A stretch of 61,490 nucleotides of DNA, filler included, from Sphacelaria rigidula (Eukaryota): NCBI GenBank assembly GCA_964200075.2. It is 5 parts of 5 records of this genome, joined end to end, with 100 filler letters (N's around TTAATTAATTAA, not from the genome) between each part and the next. Parts side by side here need not be neighbours in the genome. Positions count along the whole stretch, not along the records: positions 49,275 to 61,490 come from CAXNAA020003999.1; 4 more parts are not named here. The stretch is one strand, 5' to 3'. Below are positions 50,022 to 61,490 of the stretch, in pieces. The notes under the pieces were generated by a model, which worked only from the letters and a program-made list of their open reading frames with translations, was not told the DNA's origin and searched no databases. Numbering within the stretch: position 1 is the stretch's first letter; every line of letters begins with the position of its first letter. The position numbers and the translations under genes were made by a program.

Positions 50022-53000
50022 GAGCGAGTGGCGACTTGTACCAGTGAGGCATCGGCTATCGCGGACAAGCTCATGTACTTCTGCATATTAGAATCTGCTG
50101 ATCCCGAAGCGGAAAGATTCGTCCCTTCCCCGACCTCCTTGTACCACCTCAGGGTATGAAGATCGGCACGAAAGCTGGCATAGGGTATTGATCTCAGTAG
50201 CATTTGGATAGCAGTGGCGATTGGGGAAGAAAAAATCGCTCACTATTCACCAATAGTACATGTAATGTTTTGGCAGTGACTTGTGGGTGACAGTCTTTTG
50301 GGGGAAATAAATCACAGCGTGTGTAGATGCAGTAAAAAATGTCGGCATGATGCTTTAGAACGTATCATGCCGTCGTAACTCCATGATGTTTCAAAAATGT
50401 ATCTTGGCTCTCCATGGTGCTTCGAAATGGGTCATGTCGTTATTGTGTACTGATCCGGAAGTGGGAAGGGTTGCGCCTCACCTCATCTTTTCGTGCAAAA
50501 TATGAGTGTACCTTCGCTGCACTGAAGTTCAGACGTAATGGAACTTATACCCATCACTCATGAATGTAATTAACGTTTACTAAAGTATGCAACTTTGAGG
50601 CCCATCACGATCAATATATGTCCAATGTTCCTATCCAGTACTTCGGCGAATTGAGTTTGCACTGGAGATCAATAAGTACAACACTTATCCATTACTTTTC
50701 AAAACATCGAAGTGCGGACGAAAGTATTTGCATACAATACTCACCCCTCCAAACTAGGACGGAAGCATGTGCGTACGTACACACACCTTTGGGCAGGTCT
50801 ACACCTTGCGTGTGTACAACGTCTACGAACAGCGCTTCATCGGCAGTGCGGTGGTCCATGACTGTTTTCCAACATATTCCTTGCTCTTGGGGGGCTTTCT
50901 GCTTCATTTATACATCGGTAGTTACAAGTAGTCCCGCCACATCGTTCGTTCCGTATTTCCAGCATTTCTCTTGTATCACAATCCTTGTAGGTATTATGGG
51001 TATCTTCACCGACCTCTGTCTACACCCTAAAGAGCAGACCGATGCATACTCTTTGCCACCTTATATCGTGTATTGACCAGTCTGCACCACACTTATGTTC
51101 ATGAAAATTGACGAAGCCAACACCAACAATATTTGATCAACATGCAATAAATTCTGCTGGGTGTGCACATGTCTACAGTCTTTGGCTGGGTGCAGTGCCG
51201 TGCACAGAAACATGGTGATGAATTGAGAGCAGTAATTTCCAAGACAGCACAGGTGGCCACAGACATAGCTTGCGGCGGAGATTGAAACGTCCGACGTGTT
51301 AGTGGAGCTGCTGACGTGTAAGCAAGGGCCCGGTCGGTCGCGCCCTCATTGGACCACCCCACAACCGTTTCTTGCTAAATTGCATACCGATTGTCAGCCC
51401 CATCATTGCGAGGGGAGTCGCAGGATTCGCCTCACGGTGTCTTACGGGTAATCTTTGAGTAAATCGAACTCATCTCTTGATCTCTAACATGCGTTGGTTG
51501 AGTCCGGAGTTGGTTTTATATGTTCTATTTCCTTCGAGCGTGCTGATGTTGGAGACCCTTTTTTATATATATCTTCGATGGTGTGAGTTGACAGTGTCGC
51601 CTTACTCGTCTTCTCTTCGAATCTTCACCTTTATTTCGCGTGCAGGCCCTGGCTCTGGCTTCTTTGCCTCCAACACATATTTTTCCCGTGCTGCAGCACC
51701 TATGCGTATCCATCCTCCAAGTTTCGTGCTTCATCGCGACTGAGGCCGGACAGGTGAGCTGCTGGGTTTGACGGAATACACGAAGTTTTTTGAAGGCGCC
51801 ATTTGCGAGTAGTATGAAGCTCATGTGTGTAGGCTACGAGTGGCAGGATGGCAAGGCTCGGTCCTGCGTCGACATTTCCTGGTGTTGATATCGTTGCTGT
51901 ACCCGATTGATGATATCAACAAAAATATTACCCCTTTATAATGAACCAAAATGAAACTCCACTGCAGGGAACGTTTATACCACGTCAATAGCATCGCAAC
52001 TCGCCCGCTCCGGGCCAGGCTAGGAACACAGTGCGGAACCACGTGGGAAGCTGTGGTTCCTTTCCTTACAGTACGGGTACTAGGTCTGTCCTGACGTTGT
52101 CTAGTTTGACCTCCTCGTTCCTTTCTTCTCCTTGCTCTCTTCCTCTTTTGCTTTGTTTCACGTTATATGCTTACCCCGTTTGTTCTTCCTCTCTCTAAGT
52201 TCGGTTTTCTCCTTTCTCGAGTTTCCTAGAGCAAATGCTTCCGCTCTTGTTTGCCCCGGGAACTTTTTTCTTCTGACCACGACTGTCTTGATAGGGAAAC
52301 ACTTGATATGCGACAATCGGGGAGAAAGAAAAGCTCTCAAACAATCGCATCATTGTAGTTGCCAGATACTCACACCATTCTCAAGAGTAAGAAGTAACCC
52401 CTTGGGTATGAGCATACCAGCGCGTCACGTATTATAGTGCCTTAACGACAGTAAATTTTTCGCGAGACAACGTCGCGACGAGAACGTGGACCAGACAAAA
52501 ATATGATACTTTCTCTGTCCCATAAGAAAAGTCCGTTATGATCACATGGACCCTTAACCATGTCCAATGCCGTAGGTGATGTTTTTTTTTAAATATTCAG
52601 TTTTTTTGTTTGTTAAATTACGTTGTTTTTCTTCTGTTTGCGCAGCAGCCAGCGTGCCCGAACGACCCATAAACGATCACTCGGCCCGAAAATGGTCATA
52701 TATCGCCTCTTTACCAGAACACAGGGAAGTACCCCGGGAACCCGAAAAACGGTAAAAATCGCGAAAAAAACAGAACTGGCTTTTTTCCTCCGGTCGATTG
52801 ATGACATAAGATAGCTACACCTAGTCCGAAACCACTCACTTACATTGCAGCCTTAAATTACACCGAAACAAGCCAAATTCGTCGAAATTCGGCCGAAAAT
52901 GTACAGATTGGACGTAATTTCGTCGAAATTTGGCCATGCTTGACCCAACAATTCTACGGTTGTAGGTCGATTATTTGATTTTTGATTTTCCCAGTGGCCA

Positions 53001-56000
53001 TCTCCACAACTATATCTTTTCAACAAACCTAACCATAACAACGTGAGCACCTCCGTTGGTGAGGTACGGTCTATGCCCCATAACGGACTTGACTTATGGA
53101 ACAGAGGAAGTAGTCATATTGCATGATAAAGCTAGGTCTCCCTGTGACCACGTGCGCACTGTCAAACTGATTTTTTTCTCGACGTCAGCAAAGCTTAGGA
53201 AGAATAATAGTGTGGCAGCACGAATCTCCGCGCCCGTGCGCTCGTCACGTGCTTCGTTGTTGGTCCTTATTGTTTCTCCTAGCTCCTGCTTGTGATAGTC
53301 GAAGACCTGCAGTGGGCAGATGCCGGGACTTTGGACATGTTGCTGACGTTTTTGCAGGCTGGTTTGACGGAGCCGTGGGAGGGTGGCTGTATGTTTGCCT
53401 TCACGACGCGTCCGGGAGCTTCATTTCCCGCGCACTTGCGAGAGAAGCGGGATCAGTTGGTCTGCGTGAGGTGCGAACGTGTAGGTACTGAACGACACCT
53501 ACGTGCTGTCAAGAAAATTGCCGTAACGTTACTTCAAAACACGCACATACCCCCCCCCCCCCCCGTGTTATTATCTCAATTGCCCCCCATTGGATCGGGA
53601 CGCATCTGTGGTCTCGGAGGATCAACCCTTATCTCTGTCGGTAAACGTCTGACATTGGGTGTCGCGGATTGAATCATGACTGCCTCACCACATCACCGGT
53701 TGGCCCTCGTTAAGTTTTTTCGTCTTCACGTCTTCACGTTTTTAGCGACGTAAATCAGATGCTCGTGAACAGCGTCTCAGACATCGGCTGCGCAACTGCA
53801 CTAGCGTACACTCTGGACTGAAAAAGAAGAAAAGCGCACTGTTTGCGATGTGGCATGTTCGGCGTGCCGCACCCGCCGTTTCTTTCCCGCACATATGTTG
53901 TCATGGGTAAAAAATAATATTCGGCGTCATGAAATTTGCCGGAGGAAAAGAAAAAAAAAGATTCCTATTTGCTCGCCGTTAGGCAAGAAAAAAACTAGAC
54001 AAACCTACGTGAAGTTGGTCAAGAAATACGAGGAGAGAGTTCTATACTATCAAAAACGGCACCCAACGATGGTGAAGGAGCAACAATGATAAATAAACAC
54101 ATTCCCAGGACCTCGCGGGTCTGAGACGTCGATCATTTGGTGATGGTATGAAGCAAAAATATCTAAAATATACACTCATTCATTCAAGTGATATCGCGAT
54201 ACAAAGTGTGCGTATATCCCCAACTTTTAGCCTCTGGCGGCCCTTCGCGGGGCCATTGTTGCCGCACATCACGCCGGGCGCGGGATGGGGCTCCCGTCCC
54301 ATCGGAAGCGCTGCTCGTGGGAATGAAAAGAGTCCAAAGTTACATCTGCTGGGATTTGCACTGGTGCTGTTACTACTGTTCTTGTTGAAACCATCATTAC
54401 TTTTTATATTTGGTAGTCGTATTAGACCATTGTCGTTAGTGTTGCCATCATCATTATTATTATTCTGATTATTACCGTCGTTGTTATTGTTGATATTGTT
54501 GCTATTATTGTTATTGTCACTACAGTATTATTGTTGTCGTTGTCTTCTTCGTTATGACCAGTATCATTATTTATATAATGATTGCTGTTTGCTGTTATAA
54601 CTATCAGTATCACTATTATTTTCAATTATCATCGTTATTACTATTATCATGATGACGGCTAATAATGTTGTTGCTACTCTTATGATTGCTATTTGTTATC
54701 AGTGTGATTATCATTATCGTTGTCATCATTATTATCATCATCACCATTACCATCATTGTTGTTAATGTTATCATTGAGTCATGCTGCGATAGGGGGGGGG
54801 GTGGTTGATTCCACAAAGAAATGGGCTCATAGGTCCGTCAGACGATCCAACACACTCGCGGTGCGCTTGTATTTGAGCAAAAGCGATGCCAAACAGTATG
54901 AGTGAGCGTTACAAATCGGAAGCAAGCGCATCCGAACTATCGTTGCTGCTATCTACGACGATTGCAAGAAGCATTTCGTGGAAGAAAACGGCCCAAAATC
55001 CCCCCCCCCCTATCGTAGCATGACTCCATTAACATTGCCATTATGATCATGATCATGATCATGATTACTATTTTTCATCATCGATATTGTTGTTACCTTT
55101 CCGCACAGTAGCCCAATCTCTCGAACCCGTGGTCACAGACGTGGGCTCACCTTTTCAGCGCCTTTACTATTATTCCTTACATGAGGGGGAATCGTATATT
55201 GAGCGACTTCCTCTGAGACTACAAAAATACGAAAACAAGACATAAGAGAGAGACGCCAAGAGAATGAAGGAGAGATGAACAACCACTGAGTTGGTGTGGG
55301 TGTGGTGAAGACAAACGAGCAAGATCTGCCAATAAAGTCTTCGCTACTTCCCTGGTGTAGAAGCGCATACTGAGGGGCTTCGGACAAAAAATAAAACGCA
55401 GCAAGAGAGAGGCATCAAAGAGGCGATCATCCAAAGAGAGGATGGAGTTTTTCATTGAGGATGCAAACCCGGAAATTTGAAATTTTCGTATCCACACCAA
55501 TTCTTCAAGACATAGTTGCATTCCTTCACCCACTGGTAGCTATCGACAACTACTACACGCCACAAAAGTTGAATTCTGATGGCCAAAAATTGGCGTCCTA
55601 GGTGAAAAACAAATCTGGGGAATGTAGGTGTTCAAAACGGATCAACTATCTCCCCCACATTGTTTTTTTCCACCTAGGATCCCAAAACTTCGGTGATTGG
55701 AATCCAAATTTGAATATCGTGCGGTTGTTGTCAATAGCTACCAGTAGGTGGAGGAATGAAACCATATTTGGAAGAACCGATGTAGATACGAAAATTTCGC
55801 ACCCTGAATGTTGACAATATGTTGCATTGTCAAAACGTGTATTACGTACAATATCGACTATTGCATATATTGCAATAGAAAACAGATCCCGTGCTGTACG
55901 CAGTACACTTTTTGACAATATCATATGTTGTGTAGGACGTGGAAGGTTTAAATTTTTTGGGTCGTCATCCTCAATGACAAGCTCCGTCCTCAAATTTGAT

Positions 56001-59000
56001 GGTCGGCTGTTATCAAGAGAACAGAAGAGAAAATGACTGCCCCCGAGCTGGTCGTGTGGTGAAAACAATCAAATCATATTTGAAAATGACTTAAATTATC
56101 TCGAGAGACGCAGTAAGAGCAAAGCACCAAGAACCACACCCCAGGGGAGTATGTGGATACCACGTGAGAGTCAAACTACATCCTCAGATACCCCCGGGGA
56201 CAAGTAATGAACGTTCCAGAAAGACGGCCGACACACTAGCGAGTACACTACTTCAGAATTCCTGCATTGAATCGGCAAAACGTTTCTTTGCATGGTGCGC
56301 GTCGGTCGCGTTCACGTGCGCGGTGGTCCACGTTATGATGTATACCTTAGCCCCTTACTCTAACACGCCGTACCGCGTGGAAGCATCTTGGGCAACCTGC
56401 GTCTACCGTGTCGTGTCTACTCCGACGTCGGAGCGATACCCAGTGACACTGTGTTGTAGGATGTCGCTGGTAGGCCTGCCTTCGCCTCCCAACCGACCGC
56501 TTCTTCACCCATGACGCTGTTGGGAAAGCGTTCGTCCTGCATGCGCGCGACGTCCCAGCGTGTAGGAGGATTCGCTCTATCATCTATATTATACATAACG
56601 TCATATATACTAAATAGGCAACAAATACAAATGAACCCTTGAGATGCGTGCGTATATCAGGGCCCGAAAAATAACATTAGTAGGGTCGCTGATGTGGTTT
56701 TTCGTCGGACGTGGAACCTGTCGATTGGCTCACCGGCAATGTTCTATTTACTCCTAAACATTCGTCTGATACAGAGCACATGCCCCATATAATGTGTTTT
56801 TGCACAAGACCCTTTCCACCTGAAGTCATATCGCTGAGAACGGTCATTTCCAGCTTTTGTGTTTTTGTCTTACCTTTCTGTTTCCTTCACTCTTCTTCAG
56901 CGATTATTTCCGTTTGTTTACCTCGGGTACGTCTATCTTATGGGTAATGACCACGGCGGGGCCCCTCGGGAATCAGTTAATGTTGTTGAGACAACCAACC
57001 AGTCAATCAATCAATCGATGAATCAACCAACAGTACCTTTCTTCATGTCAGTAGTTATGTCGATGGTTGACACGAATCTCAAGTGGGAATTCGCCGAGCC
57101 CATGCGATTGTATGACCGAGTATGCAAAGCATGATATACTATACCGCGATATGCCACAAGACAGGCGTGTGAGTACCACCTAGACTACGGCATGAAAGAC
57201 GAAAAATCTTGAAACCAGAGGATCCTCGAAATTGGGGTTGAACACTAAAATGAGGTTCACGTGGCATGACTAAAAGCCAGCTTTTGTGCGAAACACTTTT
57301 GCCAGGGGAAAACATATTCGCAGCAAAAGATTCTGTAGTAGTTAAGCAGGTGTGGCTAGATACACCAAATAAATGCGGTGTACACGCGTACCGATGACGA
57401 TACCACCGGAGGAGCGACGACGGAGAGGACGCTCCTCGCCCGTGTCCTTTGTGTGTCCTTGTTCGGCGATTACCTATCGCTGGAGAGATCGTCATCATGT
57501 CACCAGGACATACCCCATTTACCGTGTGCCGGCAGGCAGGTTATTGCCGCACAGCCCCCGAAGATTTGGATGCCGAGGGTCGTCGTCTATCATGCTGATC
57601 AACGCAACGATCGATTCCCCTTTGCCTCTCTTTTTGGACAGGACGCGCCTCTGTGTGCTGCAGAACACGTCGTCGAAAGACAGGGCGACGTTTCCGTCAC
57701 CGCTACTGTTCTGACACACACATATGCCAGCACGGACGGTGTTGTTGCGGCAATAAGATCCGATCGCAACTTGCGGGGTGTTCCTGTTATCGTTGATTTA
57801 ACCCGACCTCTGCACCTGCGTGTGCACAACAAGGGCAAGAGTCTGCCACACCCCGGTCGGGGGAATGTCTAGGAGATCAAACACTCGTGGATACCTTCTT
57901 GGCATATGGAGTAAAAAACGATACCTCTGGCGGTGACCTAATTGTTGCTGGCGTAACTCACGTGGGGGGTGCCACCCTGTAATCTGAGCTGTTCTGATGC
58001 ACAGCCGGTCGCGTGCTCAGCAGTGTAGCGAAACATTTTTCTGCCGATCCCTCACCATACGCCGCGAACGCAGAGTGCCGATCCTTGCTGCGCCTTTGCC
58101 GCGCACGTTCATACGCCACCACGACGAAGTTCGTGGGCTTGTTCTGCTGTCCCTCCTCCAATTTCACATACTAACAGTACCCACAGACATCGAGAACACG
58201 GTTGCAAGAATGTACTGATCATGGCGCGCGTTAGGCACTCTTTTCTAAAAAACCAAAAGTGGAACAGAACGTAACACTTACTGCACTGCTGCACTGTACA
58301 TACACGAACACCCGCGTGCACGCACGTACTGACAGTTGGAACTGGACACGAAAGTGTGCACAACCGGCGCGCACCGATCATCGATCATGTGTGTGGTGAC
58401 TGTAATCGGAACGCTGACTAGACCAACGTTACTTTCACAGCGCGGGGACACTCCGAGTATCTTTAACAGAGAAGAGACGGTTCTTGCATTCGTACAGGAT
58501 GAAACGCACGGGACATAAAGAGGCCAGCAGAAGCGCCCCCGTAACTTTGCTTGGATGGAGTATGACACGCGCGGGGCAATGACGCAACCGGAAGTAGCTT
58601 TTTGTGTTTGTGGAGTATGGCAAAGTGTCAGCAGAAAACGTGATTTATTACATCTGCGGTAGAAAACTCTTGTTTGTTCCCGGAGATCGTGCGATCAACT
58701 GTACTGGTCTCTCCCACTTTCAGATGCCATAACGGGCACTTACCAAAATGCCGACGCAGGCCGGGAGATAAATGTGGACAAATTAGGTGTACCGACGGGG
58801 TATGCGGTCTCAAATATTCCAAAATGTCGCCCATAATGATGTGAATCCATCTTCCGGATGCTCTACTCAACCGCATGGCCGTCTCCCTCCGTCGGAGTTA
58901 CACCAGGCCATAGCACGTGGCTTGTTCTAGCACTTGATCCGGACACCTTGTGTCAACCAGAACTCCGCGTGCTTTGGGCCCATTACCACGTCGCCTTCAT

Positions 59001-61213
59001 CTCCTGGACGTAATATCTCAGCTGCATTGACGACAGTCACCGGAAATGCACCGCTCAGTAGTGCGACAGTCATTATTTTGATCTAGATCTCACACGCCAA
59101 GGCAGGCCCGGCGATCTCCGCTGCAGCTGCACCGATCGACATAGTTCGCCTCAATCTATCTCCTCAGTCTTGATCGGCACGTTCATGAGCAATCGAAATA
59201 CCCCGACCCATGCATCACGCATATGCACGTACGGCACGCCCCATCTCTACTGCATGGATGTCGACTTTCATTGGAGTTGCATCGACCGATAACGCTTGAC
59301 TCGTTCAATTATTTCGGTCCGGGTATACTATGTCAACGAGAAAATCACGTCCTTCGGCTGAAATAGTACACGAACGTCACCATCCGCACGCCCTATCTCG
59401 ACTCCATCAAAGCGTCTTCAAGTATGCGTTGCACCGATCGGCAGTGCTTGGTTCAAACTATCACTGCGGTGCAGATGCCACATGTGAACGAGCAATTGCC
59501 ACGCCTTAGTCGAGTAAATATGCGAGTCGAACCATGTTGTCGAAGTCGACGTCGTGCTCGATCGGAGTTGCACCGATCGACAGCGCTTGACGTGATACAT
59601 CGCTGTACATTCGACTCCCAAGATCGGCACGCAGTACACATCCTTCGATAGAGCTCATGTCCGAATTACACGCACGCCCTATCTCGACCGTATCGATAAC
59701 GGTTTGCGTCAAAGTCGTACCGATGAATAGCTCTTGGCTCAGATTATGCACCCCATGGACTCGCCCACAGATATCGTGGCATGCATTGAGGTGTTCAATG
59801 ACGTATCCTCGCGATATTGCGGTACACGCCATGGGAAATGGATCTTACATGACGATTAGGCATGCGATTTTCCAACAGCACCGGATGTATAGCGTCGCAA
59901 CCTGTTTCCACGTGCCGCGTTTTCTGCCACGACTAGGGATATCTCTACGCTGGTGCCCTTGGGAGCTCTTACGGAAGATGAGGTGGTACATCTCACGTGC
60001 AAGCTTTTGAAGGTGATGATGTCATTTTATTTCGCGTCCTGCTGACACGCAGGCTGTCATGCAATCCTCTTCCATTCCTACGTGCCGGTGCGATTATTTG
60101 TTACTCTGTGTGAATGCACGAACGCTCCCGCATGTCGTAGACATTCGCACAAGCTACGTAGTCAAAAGACTACACCCCGAAAGATCTTTCGATATATCTC
60201 ACATGCAAACCTCTAGATGTAAAACCGAATAGGTGATTTTTGTGCTTTCTGAAGTACCACCGAAAGCATTTGAGATGAACAGCCTGCATCCTGTTCTCTT
60301 ATCTATGGCAATCACTACTTTTTCGCCCACACCCAACGTATTGGACGACGAAGGACGAAGGGGTCTATGTCTGTCGAATATCATCATTCATGTTCAGTAC
60401 AATTTATCCGTTTGTTGTAGCGGTCGACAATGTGTTCGCGCTGGAGGGGTTGCATCGGGCGACAAGCACAGCTAGGAAGCATGCCTATCTGGGATTGTTC
60501 GCAATGATCAAATAGACTGTTCCCTTTGTGCTTCTCCCTCTCATGCCTTCAGTCTGGTACTTTTTAGGATTTCCCTCACAGAATGTTTCTATTTCACTTC
60601 ACTCACCTTGGGTATGCCTAGTGACCACAGTTGGTTTCTTCGCGGATCAGTTGATCTGCGACAACAGATCAGACAAGTAGCAAAATAATACATCAACAAC
60701 TTCCCTGCCATACTACTGTAGGTCCAATTTTCACGCCTAATTGTATATGATTCGGTTACTGATATCGACACATCACTGATTGTTCGAAAACTCTCACAGT
60801 GTGTGTGTTGCCTGCGGTGTCGGTGCAATACCGGTGGAACGGTACCTCTCGCCCTCTGTTTCTTTTTGTAGTCTCAGATGTTTACTAACGGGTTTTATTC
60901 CTTGGTGTGCATAAACTTCGTGATGGGTGGTGAAGCACGCTTTTTTAGTAAAGTTCGCTCATGACATGCCGGGCTGTCGATGTTTCTCATAGCGCCTAGA
61001 GCTGGAGTTTGGCGTACTGTTCGCTTTCCCATTTTTGTAGGTGCAAAGTTCGGTCGTGATATCGGATTGTTTTGGCAGGTGGAAGAACTCGACTTCGGAC
61101 TGCGAAAACTGGTGGTCACGTCGTGCTCGGGCAGTCCCCTCTTCATCGCCGAAATATGCCAGTCCCTGTGCACGACAGATGGGCTGCAAACAGTGGAGAC
61201 ATCTTCCCGCAAG
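50022..61213 (+). CDS. AAA_16/STAND-type P-loop NTPase domain protein (ADCY10/soluble adenylate cyclase C-terminal-like), partial
   Basis: Exon 50022-50153 (strong pyrimidine tract and CAG, ends phase 0) joins in frame to 53283-53470 (LLLVIVEDLQWADAGTLDMLL..FAFTTRP, Walker B and sensor-like). Exon 61079-61213 has CSGSPLFIAEICQSL, a GxP motif like GNPLFxxE. At least one short exon between 53470 and 61079 was not located. Confidence 0.75.
52427..53211. mobile_element. Degenerate long-TIR non-autonomous element
   Basis: 52500-52560 is an imperfect reverse complement of 53057-53119; outer limits approximate; no TSD seen. Confidence 0.5.
54430..54772. repeat. Low-complexity trinucleotide tract (TTA/TTG/ATC)
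   Basis: Directly visible; resumes at 55030-55095 after the MITE. Confidence 0.85.
54776..55026. mobile_element. 251-bp MITE with GAG...CTC ends and 4-bp TSD CATT (Sola-like)
   Basis: TIR gagtcatgctgcgatagggggggggg / cccccccccctatcgtagcatgactc; CATT at 54772-54775 and 55027-55030; internal sequence similar to 11860-12070. Confidence 0.85.
55435..55800. mobile_element. Diverged member of the 34759-35199 foldback MITE family
   Basis: Shares tcctaggtgaaaaac, cacctagg, aatagcta and aaccatatt motifs in the same order, with inverted arms (ctggtagctatcgacaac / gttgtcaatagctaccag). Confidence 0.7.
59120..59700. repeat. Degenerate tandem repeat, period about 140-150 bp
   Basis: gttgcaccgatcgac-like motif near 59125, 59275, 59428 and 59567; gcacgcccyatctc near 59235, 59386 and 59672. 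Confidence 0.65.
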
Positions 61214-61490
61214 GTGCGGGATAAACACACTATCTCCCATTCAGTCCCTGCTTCACCGCGAAACGTTGAGGAATGTTACAGGTACTTGATAGATGCAAGG
61301 AAGTGGTTTGGCTAGTTAATGATGTCTGTCCTGAAGCAGTACTGTTGATTCCTGCAGATCAGTTGTTCAGCGAGAGGGGTGGAATAAGGAAGGGGTCGTT
61401 GATAGTGCAGTAGGGAACAACCATGGAGTGTCATAGGAACAAAGGAGCAATGCTACGGTAGGGGTGCACTTTTTTCGCGAAAATTTATCT

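Noticed and set aside
58072-58175. Candidate for the missing NTPase exon (..HDEVRGLVLLSLLQ)
   Set aside because: Acceptor phase fits but the pyrimidine tract is weak and there is no convincing donor.

Overview
Eukaryotic, intron-rich, repeat-rich DNA. It most resembles a brown alga or other stramenopile (inferred from long GT-AG introns, short exons, TTAGGG repeats, an axonemal dynein and a Ngaro-like element). The window is not one locus. It is five contigs of 12219, 12219, 12219, 12217 and 12216 bp joined by 100-bp N44-TTAATTAATTAA-N44 linkers, i.e. a size-sorted concatenation, so adjacency across the gaps means nothing. Contig 1 holds the 5' six exons of an ABCB6/HMT1/ATM1-type half ABC transporter (+). 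Contig 2 holds seven internal exons of an axonemal dynein heavy chain (-; stalk to AAA5). Contig 3 holds a decayed tyrosine-recombinase retrotransposon (Ngaro/DIRS-like: gag, RT, RNase H, YR, split direct repeat), followed by a 1.8-kb hairpin-unit satellite. Its YR gene is split by a doubly nested pair of TG...CA foldback elements with 5-bp TSDs that carry telomere repeats. Contig 4 is almost entirely non-autonomous DNA transposons. Contig 5 holds at least three exons of an AAA_16/STAND-type (ADCY10-like) NTPase gene (+). Two tRNA-derived SINE families, LINE 3' remnants and several MITEs are scattered throughout. No CRISPR array, rRNA or intact tRNA was seen.
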